Program-made: the position numbers and the translations under genes | DNA from: Candidatus Poribacteria bacterium | GTDB lineage: Bacteria > Poribacteria > WGA-4E > JAJDTR01 | DNA: 64,000 nucleotides | Direction: 5' to 3' | NCBI GenBank assembly: GCA_965222225.1 | Contig: CBDCTK010000002.1 | Coordinates: 4,032,001-4,096,000 of the forward strand | The notes under the pieces: generated by a model | What the model saw: the letters and a program-made list of their open reading frames with translations, nothing else | Database searches by the model: none | Told to the model about the DNA's origin: nothing | Shown: positions 62,577-64,000 of the stretch, piece by piece | Position numbering within the stretch: the first letter of the stretch is position 1 | How the letters are laid out: the number at the start of each line of letters is the position of its first letter

Positions 62577-64000
62577 ATGCCGCTTGAACGAAACCAGTTC
62601 CGGGCATCCTCGGAGAAACGTAGTGCCTCCACGCTCACGCCTTGGCGTACTATTGCGGTCGGATTGGTGCTTATACCGCTGAATTGCTACTGGGTTATCA
62701 TGTCGGAGGATATATGGAATGCAGGACATCCGACGCTTACAACGCTATTTTTCAACACGGTTTTCAGTCTATTCGTCCTCCTGCTGATCAATCGGTTACT
62801 GCAAGAGATTGTCCCCCTAAGGGCAATGAAGCGCGATGAGTTATTGACAGTCTACGCCATGCTCTGCGTTGCAACTTCGATTGCCGGACATCACTTCCTC
62901 CCCTTGCTTGTCCCGATTATTCCTTATGCCTTTTGGTTTGCAACCCCCGAAAACGAATGGGCACAACTCATTCACCCTTATGTGCCGTCCTGGCTTTCAA
63001 TCAGCGACAAACGTGTTATGCAGGGATATTTCGAGGGCCAGTCCACCCTTTACACCCACGCTCACCTTTTCACCTGGATGCTCCCCGTCCTCTGGTGGTC
63101 GCTATTCATCCTTGCGCTCCTCACAGGGATGCTATGCCTTTGTGTGATCGTCCGAAAGCAGTGGGTCGAGAGTGAAAAACTCGCCTATCCTGTCATCCAA
63201 GTGCCGCTAGTAATGACACATCGGGAGTCTGGAGTGTTCAAGGCGAAGTTGCTGTGGGGAGGGTTTGCCATTGCCGCGGGAATCGATACCCTCAATGGAC
63301 TGCACTTCCTTTTCCCGGTTATGCCCTATTTGCACGTCAAAATGCGCAGTATCGGCCCCCTGTTCATGGACCCACCCTGGAACGCTATCGGCTGGACGCC
63401 TATTTCGTTCAATCCCTTTATCATCGGCATGAGTTTTTTCTTGCCGCTGGATCTATCCTTTTCTCTCTGGTTTTTCTATCTTTTTAGAAAGATACTGCAG
63501 GTACCGGTAGCGGTTGTCGGTGGCCATAGTTACCCGCGAGGTAGCGGCCGTTTTTTCGATCAACAAGCCCAAGGCGCATGGTTGGGTATCGCGGTTCTGG
63601 CGTTGTGGCTCACACGCCGACATTTTATGTCGGTCTTCCGAGGAATGCTCCGACCTCGCACTGCCTCGGATTGGGAGGAAGGTCGGTATCAGCGGTGGGC
63701 AATTGTAGGATTGGTGGCAAGCATGTTGTTTATCATTGCATTCTCATACTATGCCGGGATGTCCCTTTGGGTCGTTCTGGTGTTTTTTGGCATCGACTAC
63801 GCGATTTTCCTCGCATTGTCAAGAGCGCGTGCGGAGAGTGCCCCCGCTCACCAGAACTTGTGGGCTGTCAACGCGGGGGAAATCATGTTCAACATCTTTG
63901 GCTCTCGCCGATTGGGAGCGTCTAATCTGAGTGTGATTGCACTTTTTCGGTTCTTCAACCGGAATTATCCCAGTCATCCAATGCCGGAATATTTGGAAAA
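62577..64000 (+). CDS. Large polytopic membrane protein (DUF6785-like), runs off window end
   Basis: Manual translation MPLERNQF...GLVLIPLNCYW...ELLTVYAML...RKQWVESEKLAYP...FFLPLDLSFSLWFFY; not in the ORF track because it has no stop in the window. Confidence 0.7.
   Translation, partial: MPLERNQFRASSEKRSASTLTPWRTIAVGLVLIPLNCYWVIMSEDIWNAGHPTLTTLFFNTVFSLFVLLLINRLLQEIVPLRAMKRDELLTVYAMLCVATSIAGHHFLPLLVPIIPYAFWFATPENEWAQLIHPYVPSWLSISDKRVMQGYFEGQSTLYTHAHLFTWMLPVLWWSLFILALLTGMLCLCVIVRKQWVESEKLAYPVIQVPLVMTHRESGVFKAKLLWGGFAIAAGIDTLNGLHFLFPVMPYLHVKMRSIGPLFMDPPWNAIGWTPISFNPFIIGMSFFLPLDLSFSLWFFYLFRKILQVPVAVVGGHSYPRGSGRFFDQQAQGAWLGIAVLALWLTRRHFMSVFRGMLRPRTASDWEEGRYQRWAIVGLVASMLFIIAFSYYAGMSLWVVLVFFGIDYAIFLALSRARAESAPAHQNLWAVNAGEIMFNIFGSRRLGASNLSVIALFRFFNRNYPSHPMPEYLE

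Overview
64 kb of a bacterial chromosome, inferred to be Candidatus Poribacteria from the AVEPxGKLxxxWGxIK-type C-termini, the TPEETALLPNYPNPFNPETWIPYQL-type C-terminal domain and the LamG/PD40/LRR/ASPIC/PhyH content. It contains housekeeping genes (rpmB, rel, recJ, rsmD, radC, rlmB, ilvD, hppA, folC, glyA), a type I R-M locus with Fic and small cargo genes and a frameshifted hsdM, sugar-catabolic and secreted repeat proteins, decaying duplications (TonB x3, inverted Zn-dehydrogenase pair, ALS tail) and IS3/IS1634/IS630 remnants. Two observations stand out. (1) About 27 loci carry a 37-38 bp non-coding unit, GGGA-N3/4-CTATCGC-VB-TC-VB-TAT-YC-VB-TC-VB-TTGATC. It has four hypervariable dinucleotides almost always restricted to V-B (not T, then not A). 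It inserts into REP hairpins, into an IS3 transposase gene and repeatedly into itself (up to three nested levels), with no target-site duplication. No enzyme that would explain it is visible in this window. (2) A secreted rhodanese missed by the ORF track has TGA at both Cys positions of its YCxCP motif (U-S-U) and a bSECIS-like hairpin, making it a candidate double-selenocysteine protein. All alignments were done by eye.
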